Below, one piece after another: positions 38,564-47,703 of a DNA stretch of 64,000 bases. The notes under the pieces were generated by a model that was given only the letters and a program-made list of their open reading frames with translations, was not told the origin of the DNA and did not search any database. Positions within the stretch are counted from its first letter, which is position 1, and each line of letters starts with the position of its first letter. The stretch comes from a virus (taxonomy: Duplodnaviria > Caudoviricetes). The DNA is taken from IMG/VR virus record IMGVR_UViG_3300005512_002353, one strand, 5' to 3'. A program made the position numbers and the translations under genes.

Positions 38564-38904
38564 TAATACTTCTGTTTCTCAGGAATAACACCTCTTACAC
38601 CACCTCTAGGATCTGCACAATCGCCCTGTGTGCGTGGAATAAGATGAATATGAGGATACATAACAGTCTGTCCTGCTGTCTCGCCTATGTTTTGTCCAAT
38701 ATTAAACCCATCACAGTAGCCTTTGCGAAACAGATCTTCTCCCCAATCATAGGCCGCTTCGTAACAGGCTTTTCTATGTAATGGATCATCTTTCTTGGGG
38801 ACAAACAATAAGTGTCCTTTGGTCACGGGATACTTGTCCTCAAACACCAAATATAAAGGTGTGTCGATCAGGGGATTCTTCCAGGGTGTGTCCTTAAGTT
38901 CCAT
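38563..38904 (-). CDS. HIT-family nucleotide hydrolase
   Basis: DKYPVTKGHLLFVPK, AGQTVMYPHIHLIPR. Confidence 0.9.
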   Translation of the reverse strand: MELKDTPWKNPLIDTPLYLVFEDKYPVTKGHLLFVPKKDDPLHRKACYEAAYDWGEDLFRKGYCDGFNIGQNIGETAGQTVMYPHIHLIPRTQGDCADPRGGVRGVIPEKQKY

Positions 38905-39281
38905 TATGATATCTCCGATTTGCCACCGCCTAGATCACGCTTGTTGGTCTTCATGCCTGGATTCATAGCCTGTTCCTGTTCCCATGTCTCCATGACAACG
39001 TTGCGACAGATATTTTGGAACCAACGATCAACTATATCTGAGTCCTTGTCATCTGGCTTGCCCTGATATCCTGCCTTGATCAGCCTAGCAACAAATATGT
39101 CATTCCACTCTAGTTCAAAGGCACCATCACTGATGTTCTCGGGATTAACATCCATCCTGACTATGTTAACGTAAGGTTCACCTCGTTCAGTTGCCTGGTC
39201 TGCCAGCGACTTCTTCTTAGTTGTTGTTTTCTTAGGTTCTTCTTTCTTAAACTTCTTTTTTATGTTATCAAATAATCCCAT
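38904..39281 (-). CDS. conserved phage hypothetical protein
   Basis: MGLFDNIKKK..ATERGEPYV..GAFELEWN; start moved to ATG 39281. Confidence 0.7.
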   Translation of the reverse strand: MGLFDNIKKKFKKEEPKKTTTKKKSLADQATERGEPYVNIVRMDVNPENISDGAFELEWNDIFVARLIKAGYQGKPDDKDSDIVDRWFQNICRNVVMETWEQEQAMNPGMKTNKRDLGGGKSEIS

Positions 39282-39282
39282 A

Positions 39283-40149
39283 TCACTTGCCCCAACTGTT
39301 CCCCCAAAGATCAACATGTAATCTTGGACTGTAATTATAACCACGTAGCATGGCCTCGTCTGCTACACTAAACTTATTACCATCATATACTTTAACAACA
39401 CCACCCACTGGCATGATGTATACAACTCCTTCAAACCCTGCTTCACGATATGCCTTGACAGCACGATCTACTTCATCAAAGTCACTGGGATTCTCTACCA
39501 CAAACTTGAGATAGGTTGTGCCATAACGTTCATATTCTGTAACAATCTCAGGCTTAATAGCATCTTCCCAACTCTCACCACTTGCTGATAATTTAGCACT
39601 GACACTAAATGTTATGTCACACTTAAAGTCTCCGCCTCTATCAAATGCCCATGCTAACAAGTAGGCTTTGAAATCCTCATGTAGTTCTTGTGTGCCGTTA
39701 GTTTCAAATGTAATATTTCTCAAGTCCTGCATACGAGGATTGTCTAACAAGTCTTTGTAACTACGTTGCCAACCTAGTAGAGGCTCTCCACCCGTTATGA
39801 CTAAATGCACATCATTACCATTGTCTTGCACCCACTTGTTGTTAGGTGTTAGTTCCAACAGTCTATCTACTACTGCTTCGTTTTCTAACATGGGTGATAA
39901 ATGTTTAAATCTTGGATCCCAGGATGCGTAACTGTCACATCCTGTATCAACTAAAGGCAAGTCCTCATAACGATTGTATAGTTCTACTTTAACATCATCA
40001 CGTTCTTCTGACATCTCACCTCTGGGCATACCAAAACCACCACAGGTAAAGTTACACCCAAATGTTCTTAAGAATACACTAGGAACGCCCACGAATCTGC
40101 CTTCACCTTGTGCCGAATAAAATATTTCACTGATCTTAAGTTTAGCCAT
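39283..40149 (-). CDS. queE: 7-carboxy-7-deazaguanine synthase (radical SAM)
   Basis: EIFYSAQGEG..VGVPSVFLR..GCNFTC...CDS, TGGEPLL, ETNGT, SPRLH. Confidence 0.9.
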   Translation of the reverse strand: MAKLKISEIFYSAQGEGRFVGVPSVFLRTFGCNFTCGGFGMPRGEMSEERDDVKVELYNRYEDLPLVDTGCDSYASWDPRFKHLSPMLENEAVVDRLLELTPNNKWVQDNGNDVHLVITGGEPLLGWQRSYKDLLDNPRMQDLRNITFETNGTQELHEDFKAYLLAWAFDRGGDFKCDITFSVSAKLSASGESWEDAIKPEIVTEYERYGTTYLKFVVENPSDFDEVDRAVKAYREAGFEGVVYIMPVGGVVKVYDGNKFSVADEAMLRGYNYSPRLHVDLWGNSWGK

Positions 40150-40923
40150 TTATACCTTTCTTGCCTTTACTAATAAGTGCCAACCCAAATACTCTCGAAC
40201 TGCTTCACGCATGAGTTCTGGCATGGCCTCAAACCAAGGTTCCAATTTAAACTTACCTTGCTTATACTTCTCTACATTATACATGAAACAGTGTGCTTGA
40301 CGCAACCTTTCTACAGTAAATTTTTTACCTAAAAGTTCATGTATCTCATCTGCTGTAAACGCTTCTGCGTATGGACAATCTGATTGTGCTTCAAACTGAT
40401 CTAGTCCTTTACGGATCATAGCATACTTCCATGAGTTCTTGGCATAGACCATAAACTTAAATTCACCATTGGTATTTAGAATACTGTGAACGTTGTCTAT
40501 AATTTTTTCTATGTTTGGAAAGTGATGTATAACACCGTAACTGTAAACTAGGTCAAACTTACCTAGTTTTTCGAGTGCTTCTAGATCTGTCATGTCTACA
40601 TTATGAAACTCGCCTTCTAGTTCAAACACTTCAAAGCGTTTTCTACTAAGTTCTAAACTTTCTGTTGATAAGTCAATGCCAACATAGTGGGCACCATTTT
40701 GTGCAAACTGTTGAGCATCTGTGCCAATACCACAACCAATTTCTAACACACGCTTACCTCTGTATTGATGAAACTGTGGAAAGTCTAGGTTATGTGGTTC
40801 TGCCTTGTAGCGTTTAGCAGTTACTTCTTCAAAGAACTCCTTTGTGCCCACAGGACTAGTTCCATGTTTGACATTACAAGGTTGTCTATTCCAGTAGTCT
40901 TTAATTTCTTGTTCTATGCTCAT
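40150..40923 (-). CDS. class I SAM-dependent methyltransferase
   Basis: VLEIGCGIG, GIDLS, FDLVYSYGVIHH. Confidence 0.9.
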   Translation of the reverse strand: MSIEQEIKDYWNRQPCNVKHGTSPVGTKEFFEEVTAKRYKAEPHNLDFPQFHQYRGKRVLEIGCGIGTDAQQFAQNGAHYVGIDLSTESLELSRKRFEVFELEGEFHNVDMTDLEALEKLGKFDLVYSYGVIHHFPNIEKIIDNVHSILNTNGEFKFMVYAKNSWKYAMIRKGLDQFEAQSDCPYAEAFTADEIHELLGKKFTVERLRQAHCFMYNVEKYKQGKFKLEPWFEAMPELMREAVREYLGWHLLVKARKV

Positions 40924-41810
40924 TCTTTTATCTTTTCGTTAGTTCCTGGAGCAAGCCTTGCAGTCTGTCCGTTTGGATCATTGGCCTTGAGATATTTCCA
41001 TGTATCTTCCTTGCCAGTGATAGCCTTTTCAAAATGATCATTATAGTCATCTATGGTTTTGAGATACCACATGATCCTAGCCGCATCTTGATATCTACGG
41101 TTGGTCATCTCTGGTGAGTTTAAGTCTCTTGGATCACTTGGATTGCCCTCAAACTGTGGTCTGTTGTTAAATGTCTCGTCATTGTTGTTGCCTGTTAGAT
41201 CAAATCGGTCATGTGTTACCTTAGCGGGAATGTTGACCATGATGTTACAGAGATATGCTATCTGACTTACCCAAGCATCTGTCATCTGTTGTGGACTAAG
41301 ATCTCCCAACAGGACCTTCCACTCATGTGGCACTATTGGAAATATCGAGTAAGGATGCTCACTTTGATCTGGCATACGTAAGACACGGAACTTGCCCGTG
41401 TGTTTTTCAATCTCGAGATCCCAATCCTTTGATTCCATGATGGCATCATCGTTCCAGAACATTATCCAACGACCCGATGCCTGTTGTCCTAGATAGTTGA
41501 TATAGGTGTTGAGCTGTGCGTATCCCCATCTTGGAACGACATGAACTTGATATTCAATTCCATTTTCCTTCATGTAAGGTATTGCCGTTGACTCGTAGTA
41601 ATCAATGCTTGTCTGATCGTCATCGTCTAGTGCTATGAGATATTCTATGTCAGTCTTGTCGCTGACAGTGTCCCATAGTGTTTTCAATGATTTGAAACTG
41701 AGCTCAGCACGTCCACGTGTTGGTAATAACACTGATATTCTCTTGTTAGGACCGAGCACTGCCTTTCGGCACACTTGCTCTAGAGTTGACATTTTCATGT
41801 TACCTGCCAT
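40920..41810 (-). CDS. GT2-family glycosyltransferase
   Basis: ISVLLPTRGR, LDDDD, FWNDD. Confidence 0.8.
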   Translation of the reverse strand: MAGNMKMSTLEQVCRKAVLGPNKRISVLLPTRGRAELSFKSLKTLWDTVSDKTDIEYLIALDDDDQTSIDYYESTAIPYMKENGIEYQVHVVPRWGYAQLNTYINYLGQQASGRWIMFWNDDAIMESKDWDLEIEKHTGKFRVLRMPDQSEHPYSIFPIVPHEWKVLLGDLSPQQMTDAWVSQIAYLCNIMVNIPAKVTHDRFDLTGNNNDETFNNRPQFEGNPSDPRDLNSPEMTNRRYQDAARIMWYLKTIDDYNDHFEKAITGKEDTWKYLKANDPNGQTARLAPGTNEKIKE

Positions 41811-42245
41811 TTATTTCCACCAATCCTCCCATGGAAACACGATCCAGACATCATCTTCCATTTTGTTAATATTGATACTAGAGTAATCAACATCAGCATC
41901 ACTGGCTTCGTTGTTGATTAGAACAGCATAGGTCAAGTTACCTATCCAGTGTTCTTTTATGTAATTAATTGTAGCACCTGTGTCGTTGATGTCATCTATA
42001 ACTAACACTCGTTGACCACTTAGTTTGTCTAACACTTTTAGACTTTCTTTTTCTTGATGATCTCTAAGACTTACCTTTAAGGTGTGCATAGGTATGTCTA
42101 GGTATTGTGAAACCAGCACAGCGGGTGTTAAACCACCCCTTGTGAGCCCAACTACTGCATCAAACTTCTCATCTCTAATCTGACGTAGTATGTCCTGCGT
42201 CATGCCCTCAACCTGCGACCATGTATAATATGCTTTCTTAGTCAT
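41811..42245 (-). CDS. purine phosphoribosyltransferase (xanthine-guanine PRT-like)
   Basis: GLTRGGL, VLVIDDINDTGAT (PRPP loop), WIVFPWE. Confidence 0.9.
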   Translation of the reverse strand: MTKKAYYTWSQVEGMTQDILRQIRDEKFDAVVGLTRGGLTPAVLVSQYLDIPMHTLKVSLRDHQEKESLKVLDKLSGQRVLVIDDINDTGATINYIKEHWIGNLTYAVLINNEASDADVDYSSININKMEDDVWIVFPWEDWWK

Positions 42246-42247
42246 TG

Positions 42248-42697
42248 TTAGCCCTCGTAGATTGCTGAGTTAGCACCGTGCTCAGCACACTCTACTGAAT
42301 GCACCCAACAACGATTGTTTGATTGTTCTCTGATTAGTTTGTCTGCAAAGTTAAATGCGTGTTCGGCAAACTTCTCTGCACCAACACCATCCAGGACTAC
42401 AACCTCTAATAAATCTAATTCTTGCAATTCCATGAACTTGTCCAAGTGTGGGTCTGCTTTATCAATAGCAGTCTTATGATCAAAGTGATCTTCTAACCAT
42501 TTCTTAATTTGTTTAAGCCCGCCAAAGTCTACTGCCCAGTTCTTGTTGTCTAAGTGATCACATGCAAATGTAAACTTAAACTGTAGACTGTAACCATGTA
42601 GTAAATGACAGTGTGAATGATCAGCATTAGGTTGTCTAAAACATGCTGATAGCCCAATGTTATGACCATATGTTTTTGTTGAATAAAATTTAGCCAT
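42248..42697 (-). CDS. queD: 6-carboxy-5,6,7,8-tetrahydropterin synthase (QueD/PTPS family)
   Basis: HSHCHLLHGY, VDFGGLK, FDHK, AEKFAE, EHGANSA. Confidence 0.85.
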   Translation of the reverse strand: MAKFYSTKTYGHNIGLSACFRQPNADHSHCHLLHGYSLQFKFTFACDHLDNKNWAVDFGGLKQIKKWLEDHFDHKTAIDKADPHLDKFMELQELDLLEVVVLDGVGAEKFAEHAFNFADKLIREQSNNRCWVHSVECAEHGANSAIYEG

Positions 42698-42785
42698 CTC
42701 TTGCCTCCTAAAAGTAAGTGTGATGACAGGCAGAATATTTTAAGACGGATGACTGTCTCGAGACGTCTTTGAGTATTCTATTTAG
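42693..42785 (-). promoter_or_regulatory. structured 5' leader of queD (candidate cis-regulatory RNA) behind CTAAATA
   Basis: AAGACG/CGTCTT stem, A-rich tail, anti-SD TGCCT and anti-AUG GTCATC segments. Confidence 0.5.
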
Positions 42786-42930
42786 CATCGTCTGAACGTT
42801 GCCTGCGATAATTTGCATTTCTAGTTTGTTCCTCAATGGCCTTCTTCATAAGTTTTAAAAATAACTTATCACCATTGGCTAATACTTTTAACTCTTTTTT
42901 AATCAGTGTTGCTTTTGGATCGTATCCCAT
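42778..42930 (-). CDS. small protein (50 aa)
   Basis: Not in track; MGYDPKATLIKKELK...; AGGAG RBS. Confidence 0.55.
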   Translation of the reverse strand: MGYDPKATLIKKELKVLANGDKLFLKLMKKAIEEQTRNANYRRQRSDDAK

Positions 42931-43106
42931 TTCATCTCCTCTATATAACATTCATCCATCATCTGTAGCATCATCTTGGTAGTCATGCGTCCAGCAAGAT
43001 ATTCATCAAGTTGGCTCCTGCAATAGTCACTGACTTCTACACCCTCCAATTTCAGTGATGCTATTGCTTGATCAACTGCCTGTTGTCTATCAATCTTTTT
43101 GGCCAC
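42903..43106 (-). CDS. VbhA-like antitoxin (Fic inhibitor)
   Basis: R..AV..AIASLKLEG (S/TxxxEG inhibitory motif) ...Y.AG.MT. Confidence 0.75.
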   Translation of the reverse strand: MAKKIDRQQAVDQAIASLKLEGVEVSDYCRSQLDEYLAGRMTTKMMLQMMDECYIEEMKWDTIQKQH

Positions 43107-43557
43107 GTTCTGCCTCTGCTACTCGTTTGCGTAATGAACTTGAACTAAATGAATGATCACGACCATTAAACACTAGTTCAATTCCTCTCTTCTTGCAGAT
43201 ATCTCGACCAGTGAACTCCTTGTCTTGATACTCCACTCCTAATATTCTAACATCAATCGGCAGTGTGAGCAAGATATCTTCCAAATCTTTTTCCGTTTGA
43301 TATACCACAATCTCATCAACGAAACGATTACAGGCTAACTGTATTTGTCTTTCAACTATTGATTGAACTGGAGGGTTCTTTGAATCTGGTCTATCTATGG
43401 TAGGATCTGTTTGTAGGCCAGCAATAAGATAATCACAATGATTCTTTGCCTCTGCTAACATAGCAACGTGACCTGCATGAAGCAGGTCGAACGTTGAGAA
43501 TGTTATGCCTATCTTAAGGCCTTGGTCTTTGAGCTCTCTGACTTTGTTGAATATCAT
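43090..43557 (-). CDS. cytidylyltransferase (TagD-like)
   Basis: TFDLLHAGH, ER..QL, VDEI, RDHSFSSSSL. Confidence 0.88.
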   Translation of the reverse strand: MIFNKVRELKDQGLKIGITFSTFDLLHAGHVAMLAEAKNHCDYLIAGLQTDPTIDRPDSKNPPVQSIVERQIQLACNRFVDEIVVYQTEKDLEDILLTLPIDVRILGVEYQDKEFTGRDICKKRGIELVFNGRDHSFSSSSLRKRVAEAERGQKD

Positions 43558-46031
43558 TAGAACTCCATTGACCAGTATGCACCTACTCTTGAATCACCAA
43601 ACTCGTCAACAACACCATTCATTCTCACTGAGTGTTCGTTGTTAAACTTGTCCTTGTGATTGACCAAGTTGTATTGAGCACCAACATACTTGACCACATC
43701 ACCTTTAAGACTTGCCTTGGCTGATGTGTAGTGCATGTTACCTGATGCGTCAACTGTTGTTGGAATCTGCATGTGAACGTTACCACTGATCACGGTTGGT
43801 TTGAAACCTACATACAAGTTCCAGTTGTCGTTGGCCCAACCAGCCATACCATACATACTTGTGATTGGATCTACCTCTCTAACCAAACCTTGTTCAAACT
43901 GTGTCGTGGTATACATCACACCAAGTTGTCCATAGAAGTTGTTAGGCTTATACATCTGTGAAAACTCAAATGTCTGTGAACTTCTAGTCTGACCCCACAT
44001 GCCACTGAACGCCATGAACGGTGAACCATAGCTCTGTGTGAATGTAAACTTACTGGTCCAGTCACTTGGATTTTCAACAGCACCTGTGTATGGATTACGT
44101 TTCATGAACACTGAATCATCAAAACCTACAGTAAAGTTCTGGACTGATTCTCTGTCCATGGTGTATGGAGTTTCGTATGCGTTGAAATACATACCCTTAT
44201 ACTCCTGTGCACCACCAACGAACTTACTTGACCATGAACTACCAACTGAGTGATCTAATTGATAGATTGGAATCATGGAGTTCATAGTAGTGGCCGCCGG
44301 CTTCAAATTGATAGTATAGTGTCTATCAATTGAGTCAACGACTGAGACAGAACTCAATGATGCCAATGCACCTTCATCCACACCTGCGATAGCAATACCA
44401 CCTGATAGAGGAACAGTAGTGCCTGTCCTGCCTGTGTATGAAATACCAACATCACCCAATGGCTGTGTCGCCTTGTCTAAGTCTAATAGACCACTACCGT
44501 GTGTGTCTTCGTCATAGCCTGTGATGGTCTTGTCAGCAGTTGTTGTCAACACCTTAACAATGTTATCACCTGTCATGTATGGCCACATCTGATGAACAAC
44601 AGCAACAGCACCTGCAACCACTGGAGCCGCCTGTGATGAACCTGAGAACTCTCTATATCCACCATCGATGTTTGCACCTTCGATGCCCATACCTGGAGCC
44701 AATATATAAAAGTCTTTGGTTCTGTATAAGTCATTACATTGTGCACCATCCCAACTCTTACACATGTGACCTGATGTCTGTCCCTCAACTGTCTGTGTGC
44801 TTACGTTCCAGTTACCTGCGATCAACATACGACCATCTAACACCAATGAACCATCTGCATTGGTAGCAGTGGCAAATGTGGCAGGATTTGAAACATAACC
44901 TTCACCTAGGTTACCAGCAGAAACAACTAAAACTGATTCAGTGCCTTCAAGTTTATTGTTAAACCAACTTGCGGGATTTTCTAAGTTATAGTAATTCTCA
45001 CCACCGTAGTAGTGATGATCACTGGTGTATATACCGTTGCCCTGATATGTCACAGACTCTCTATAATCACCTGAATAGTTTGTGTTTGAACTTAAACTAA
45101 ACACTGTGATATCTAACCCTTGATCTCTGGCATCTTTCATTGATCTCTTAGCAAGAGATGTTGATGAATTCCAGTTGTCCGTAATTTTATAGATAGCCAA
45201 GTTAGCATCTGGAGCAATACCAGTGATGCCTGAACCATCTAACTCACCGGCCGCAATCGACGCAACGTGTGAACCATGTCCAACATTGTCCTGCATGCCA
45301 GTTCCTGTCCAGTCCTTGGTATAAACAATCTTGCCCTCTGAATCAAATTCTTGGTGATCTAGATCAATACCACTGTCCATGATAGCAATAGTAGAACCCT
45401 TACCAGTCCAGCCTCTGGCCAGTGCGGCATCTTGGTTAACTATGCCGTTTAGATTATCAGCAAACTCATCTAGGCCAACATAGTAAGATGATTCGTTACT
45501 GATCATCTCAGTCCTGGTTCCCAAGAACTGGGCGTTTGCTCCAAAGTCCTGATTAACTGCTACATTGGTTGACTTGTCTGTTGAAACGACCTTTGTAGGC
45601 TCTTCTTTCTTAGCATACTCAATGATCTTTTCGGTAACCTGTGTATCAGCAAGTGTCCTAGTCTCACCCGAAGATTCTCTTATAGTTTCTCTATAAGTTC
45701 TTCCTTTGTGAGTTTTTTGTTTGAGTATACCACGTCTGTTGACTTTCTCCATCTTGAACACTTGACGTTTTTGAACTACCTTCTCAACTACGTCTGCTGT
45801 GATCTCATAAGTTTTGACGATGGTCTTCTCAACAGTATTACCATCTGCGTCCTTATACTGCTCTGTTGAAGTTTCCGTCGTTGTTGAGACATTACCTGGT
45901 AATGCCTTGCTTGAAAAAGTTTTAACGGTCTCAACGTATGTGTCCACGACCTGCCATGGTATCACGGCCAGTGCCGTGGTTGATACTGAAACCATTAAGA
46001 CCAATCCAAGGGCCTTAAGTTTGTTAAACAT
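43557..46031 (-). CDS. secreted S8 subtilisin-like protease with beta-rich C-terminal domain
   Basis: Signal peptide; MDSG (Asp), HGSHVA (His), SAGN, GSSQAAP (Ser); ends YWSMEF. Confidence 0.88.
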   Translation of the reverse strand: MFNKLKALGLVLMVSVSTTALAVIPWQVVDTYVETVKTFSSKALPGNVSTTTETSTEQYKDADGNTVEKTIVKTYEITADVVEKVVQKRQVFKMEKVNRRGILKQKTHKGRTYRETIRESSGETRTLADTQVTEKIIEYAKKEEPTKVVSTDKSTNVAVNQDFGANAQFLGTRTEMISNESSYYVGLDEFADNLNGIVNQDAALARGWTGKGSTIAIMDSGIDLDHQEFDSEGKIVYTKDWTGTGMQDNVGHGSHVASIAAGELDGSGITGIAPDANLAIYKITDNWNSSTSLAKRSMKDARDQGLDITVFSLSSNTNYSGDYRESVTYQGNGIYTSDHHYYGGENYYNLENPASWFNNKLEGTESVLVVSAGNLGEGYVSNPATFATATNADGSLVLDGRMLIAGNWNVSTQTVEGQTSGHMCKSWDGAQCNDLYRTKDFYILAPGMGIEGANIDGGYREFSGSSQAAPVVAGAVAVVHQMWPYMTGDNIVKVLTTTADKTITGYDEDTHGSGLLDLDKATQPLGDVGISYTGRTGTTVPLSGGIAIAGVDEGALASLSSVSVVDSIDRHYTINLKPAATTMNSMIPIYQLDHSVGSSWSSKFVGGAQEYKGMYFNAYETPYTMDRESVQNFTVGFDDSVFMKRNPYTGAVENPSDWTSKFTFTQSYGSPFMAFSGMWGQTRSSQTFEFSQMYKPNNFYGQLGVMYTTTQFEQGLVREVDPITSMYGMAGWANDNWNLYVGFKPTVISGNVHMQIPTTVDASGNMHYTSAKASLKGDVVKYVGAQYNLVNHKDKFNNEHSVRMNGVVDEFGDSRVGAYWSMEF

Positions 46032-46064
46032 AACATTTCCTTTCTTTGATTAGAATGCTATGTT

Positions 46065-46093
46065 AGTATATGATCTTATGATTATTTTGTCAA
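46065..46093 (-). promoter_or_regulatory. sigma70-type promoter TTGACA-N17-TATACT with GATC next to -10
   Basis: ttgaca aaataatcataaGATCa tatact. Confidence 0.82.
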
Positions 46094-46354
46094 GAATTTT
46101 TTGGCTTTTAGAAGTGCCGGAACTAGTGCGAGAGCGACCAAACAACCTATTAGGCTACCAAAAGCCAGAGGATAGTTAAGTGAAGCCATGCCACCTGCCC
46201 AGTCTGATATAGCATTACCAAACCCAGCACCGTAGACAGCACCTAGTCCTACTTGAAATTTTTTGGGGAATAGTTTTTCTAAGTGTAGTCCGTAGAGGGC
46301 ACCAAGTAGCATGATGCCGTTGTCTACAAAACCAAATATTAAGAAGTCGGTCAT
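46082..46354 (-). CDS. small membrane protein, TMEM65-like
   Basis: FGFVDNGIM...GFGNAISD motifs. Confidence 0.6.
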   Translation of the reverse strand: MTDFLIFGFVDNGIMLLGALYGLHLEKLFPKKFQVGLGAVYGAGFGNAISDWAGGMASLNYPLAFGSLIGCLVALALVPALLKAKKFLTK

Positions 46355-47088
46355 TAGCAGGCGAACTCCTGTTGTAGTTTGATATTATCCATAAACTCTT
46401 TCTTAGTTGCTGGATCATCATTGAAAGCACCTTTTAACACTGTGGTCTGTGTAAGACTTGAATGTGCCATGATGCCTCTGTTCTCACAACAACCGTGTGT
46501 TGCTTGGATGTAAACGCCTATGTTGTGTGACCCAGTGGCCGCTTCAATCTCTCTAGCAATATCATTACATAGTTCTTCTTGTAAGGTTCCACGTCTGGCA
46601 CACCATTGAGCAATACGTGTATATTTGGATAAGCCAATTAGTTTCTGTCCAGCAATGATACCAATGTAGGCTACACCTGTAACTGGTTGATGATGATGGC
46701 TACACATAGATCTAAGTTCTGATCTTACCACTAACATGCCCTCATATCTATCTGCTGAATCATTTGGGAAAGCAGTTGCGTTAGGATTGGGCTCATATCT
46801 ACCAACCATGATCTCATTGATATACATCTTAGCAAGACGTCTTGCTGTGCCCTTTGAATTAGGATCATTGTGTCTATCAATGATTAGGCTATCTAACACG
46901 CCTTCAAACTTTTCAGTGATCTCATCAATCAATGGTTCCTTCTCACTGGGGCCAATGTATTTTGCGATATTATCGCCTGCCCAATACCTAGCACCATCTT
47001 GTTTAATTCTGCTTACAATTCTTTCACTGATTGAGTCTGTGCTTAGTGCGTCTTGTTCTTCCCAATCTATCTTGCTTTCTACTGACAT
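46354..47088 (-). CDS. folE: GTP cyclohydrolase I
   Basis: SMCSHH, IGLSK, LQEE, HGCCENRG, TKKEF. Confidence 0.95.
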   Translation of the reverse strand: MSVESKIDWEEQDALSTDSISERIVSRIKQDGARYWAGDNIAKYIGPSEKEPLIDEITEKFEGVLDSLIIDRHNDPNSKGTARRLAKMYINEIMVGRYEPNPNATAFPNDSADRYEGMLVVRSELRSMCSHHHQPVTGVAYIGIIAGQKLIGLSKYTRIAQWCARRGTLQEELCNDIAREIEAATGSHNIGVYIQATHGCCENRGIMAHSSLTQTTVLKGAFNDDPATKKEFMDNIKLQQEFAC

Positions 47089-47103
47089 ATTTTATCTCCG
47101 AGT

Positions 47104-47703
47104 TTATGACGTGGATGTCTTAATTGTTAATTTACGTAAGTCTGGATACTCATGGTATTTAGGCAGTGAATCATGTGCGCCTAATAATTTTAAACCCTGC
47201 TCAGCTTCTTCTGGCCTGGGTTTATAATGGTATCCTAACTCAAATTCTTTCTGTTCTTGCCAAGGTGTTATTGATAGGTCTCTTCCATCATAACACATTC
47301 TTTTAAGTTTTTCGTATCTGTCCTTGTCATCTAACAGTATAGCACCACCACGGCCTAATGTCAAAGGTTTATTATGTCCAAAACTTAGACACTGTAGTTG
47401 TCCTGATTTATACATGTTTGGATACAATGCACGGGCACTGTCCCATATACCTGTGCCTGAGAAATAATACTGTCCTGTCCAGGCTTCTTGATGATTGTAT
47501 CTGAACTTGATGCCAAGTTTCATCAGCATCATTGGTATTGAGATATATGTCCTGGGCGTGAATTCTGTGTAGGTCACAGGTGCGATACGAAAGCATAGTT
47601 CAAGTGCATGGGTGCAACAGTCAGTCATCACGGCATACTTGGCACCCGTGTATTCTGCCAATGCTTGTTCAAACTCAGTTATTAGATCAAATGGATTACC
47701 CAA
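47104..47703 (-). CDS. short DegT-like PLP aminotransferase
   Basis: FE..LAEY.GAKYAV, THAL, WDSA, LSFGHNK, GRGGAIL; 199 aa, lacks C-terminal domain. Confidence 0.8.
   Translation of the reverse strand: MGNPFDLITEFEQALAEYTGAKYAVMTDCCTHALELCFRIAPVTYTEFTPRTYISIPMMLMKLGIKFRYNHQEAWTGQYYFSGTGIWDSARALYPNMYKSGQLQCLSFGHNKPLTLGRGGAILLDDKDRYEKLKRMCYDGRDLSITPWQEQKEFELGYHYKPRPEEAEQGLKLLGAHDSLPKYHEYPDLRKLTIKTSTS

Noticed and set aside
42693-42785. Calling the queD leader a known preQ1 riboswitch
   Set aside because: Lacks the conserved class I-III sequence signatures; kept only as a novel candidate
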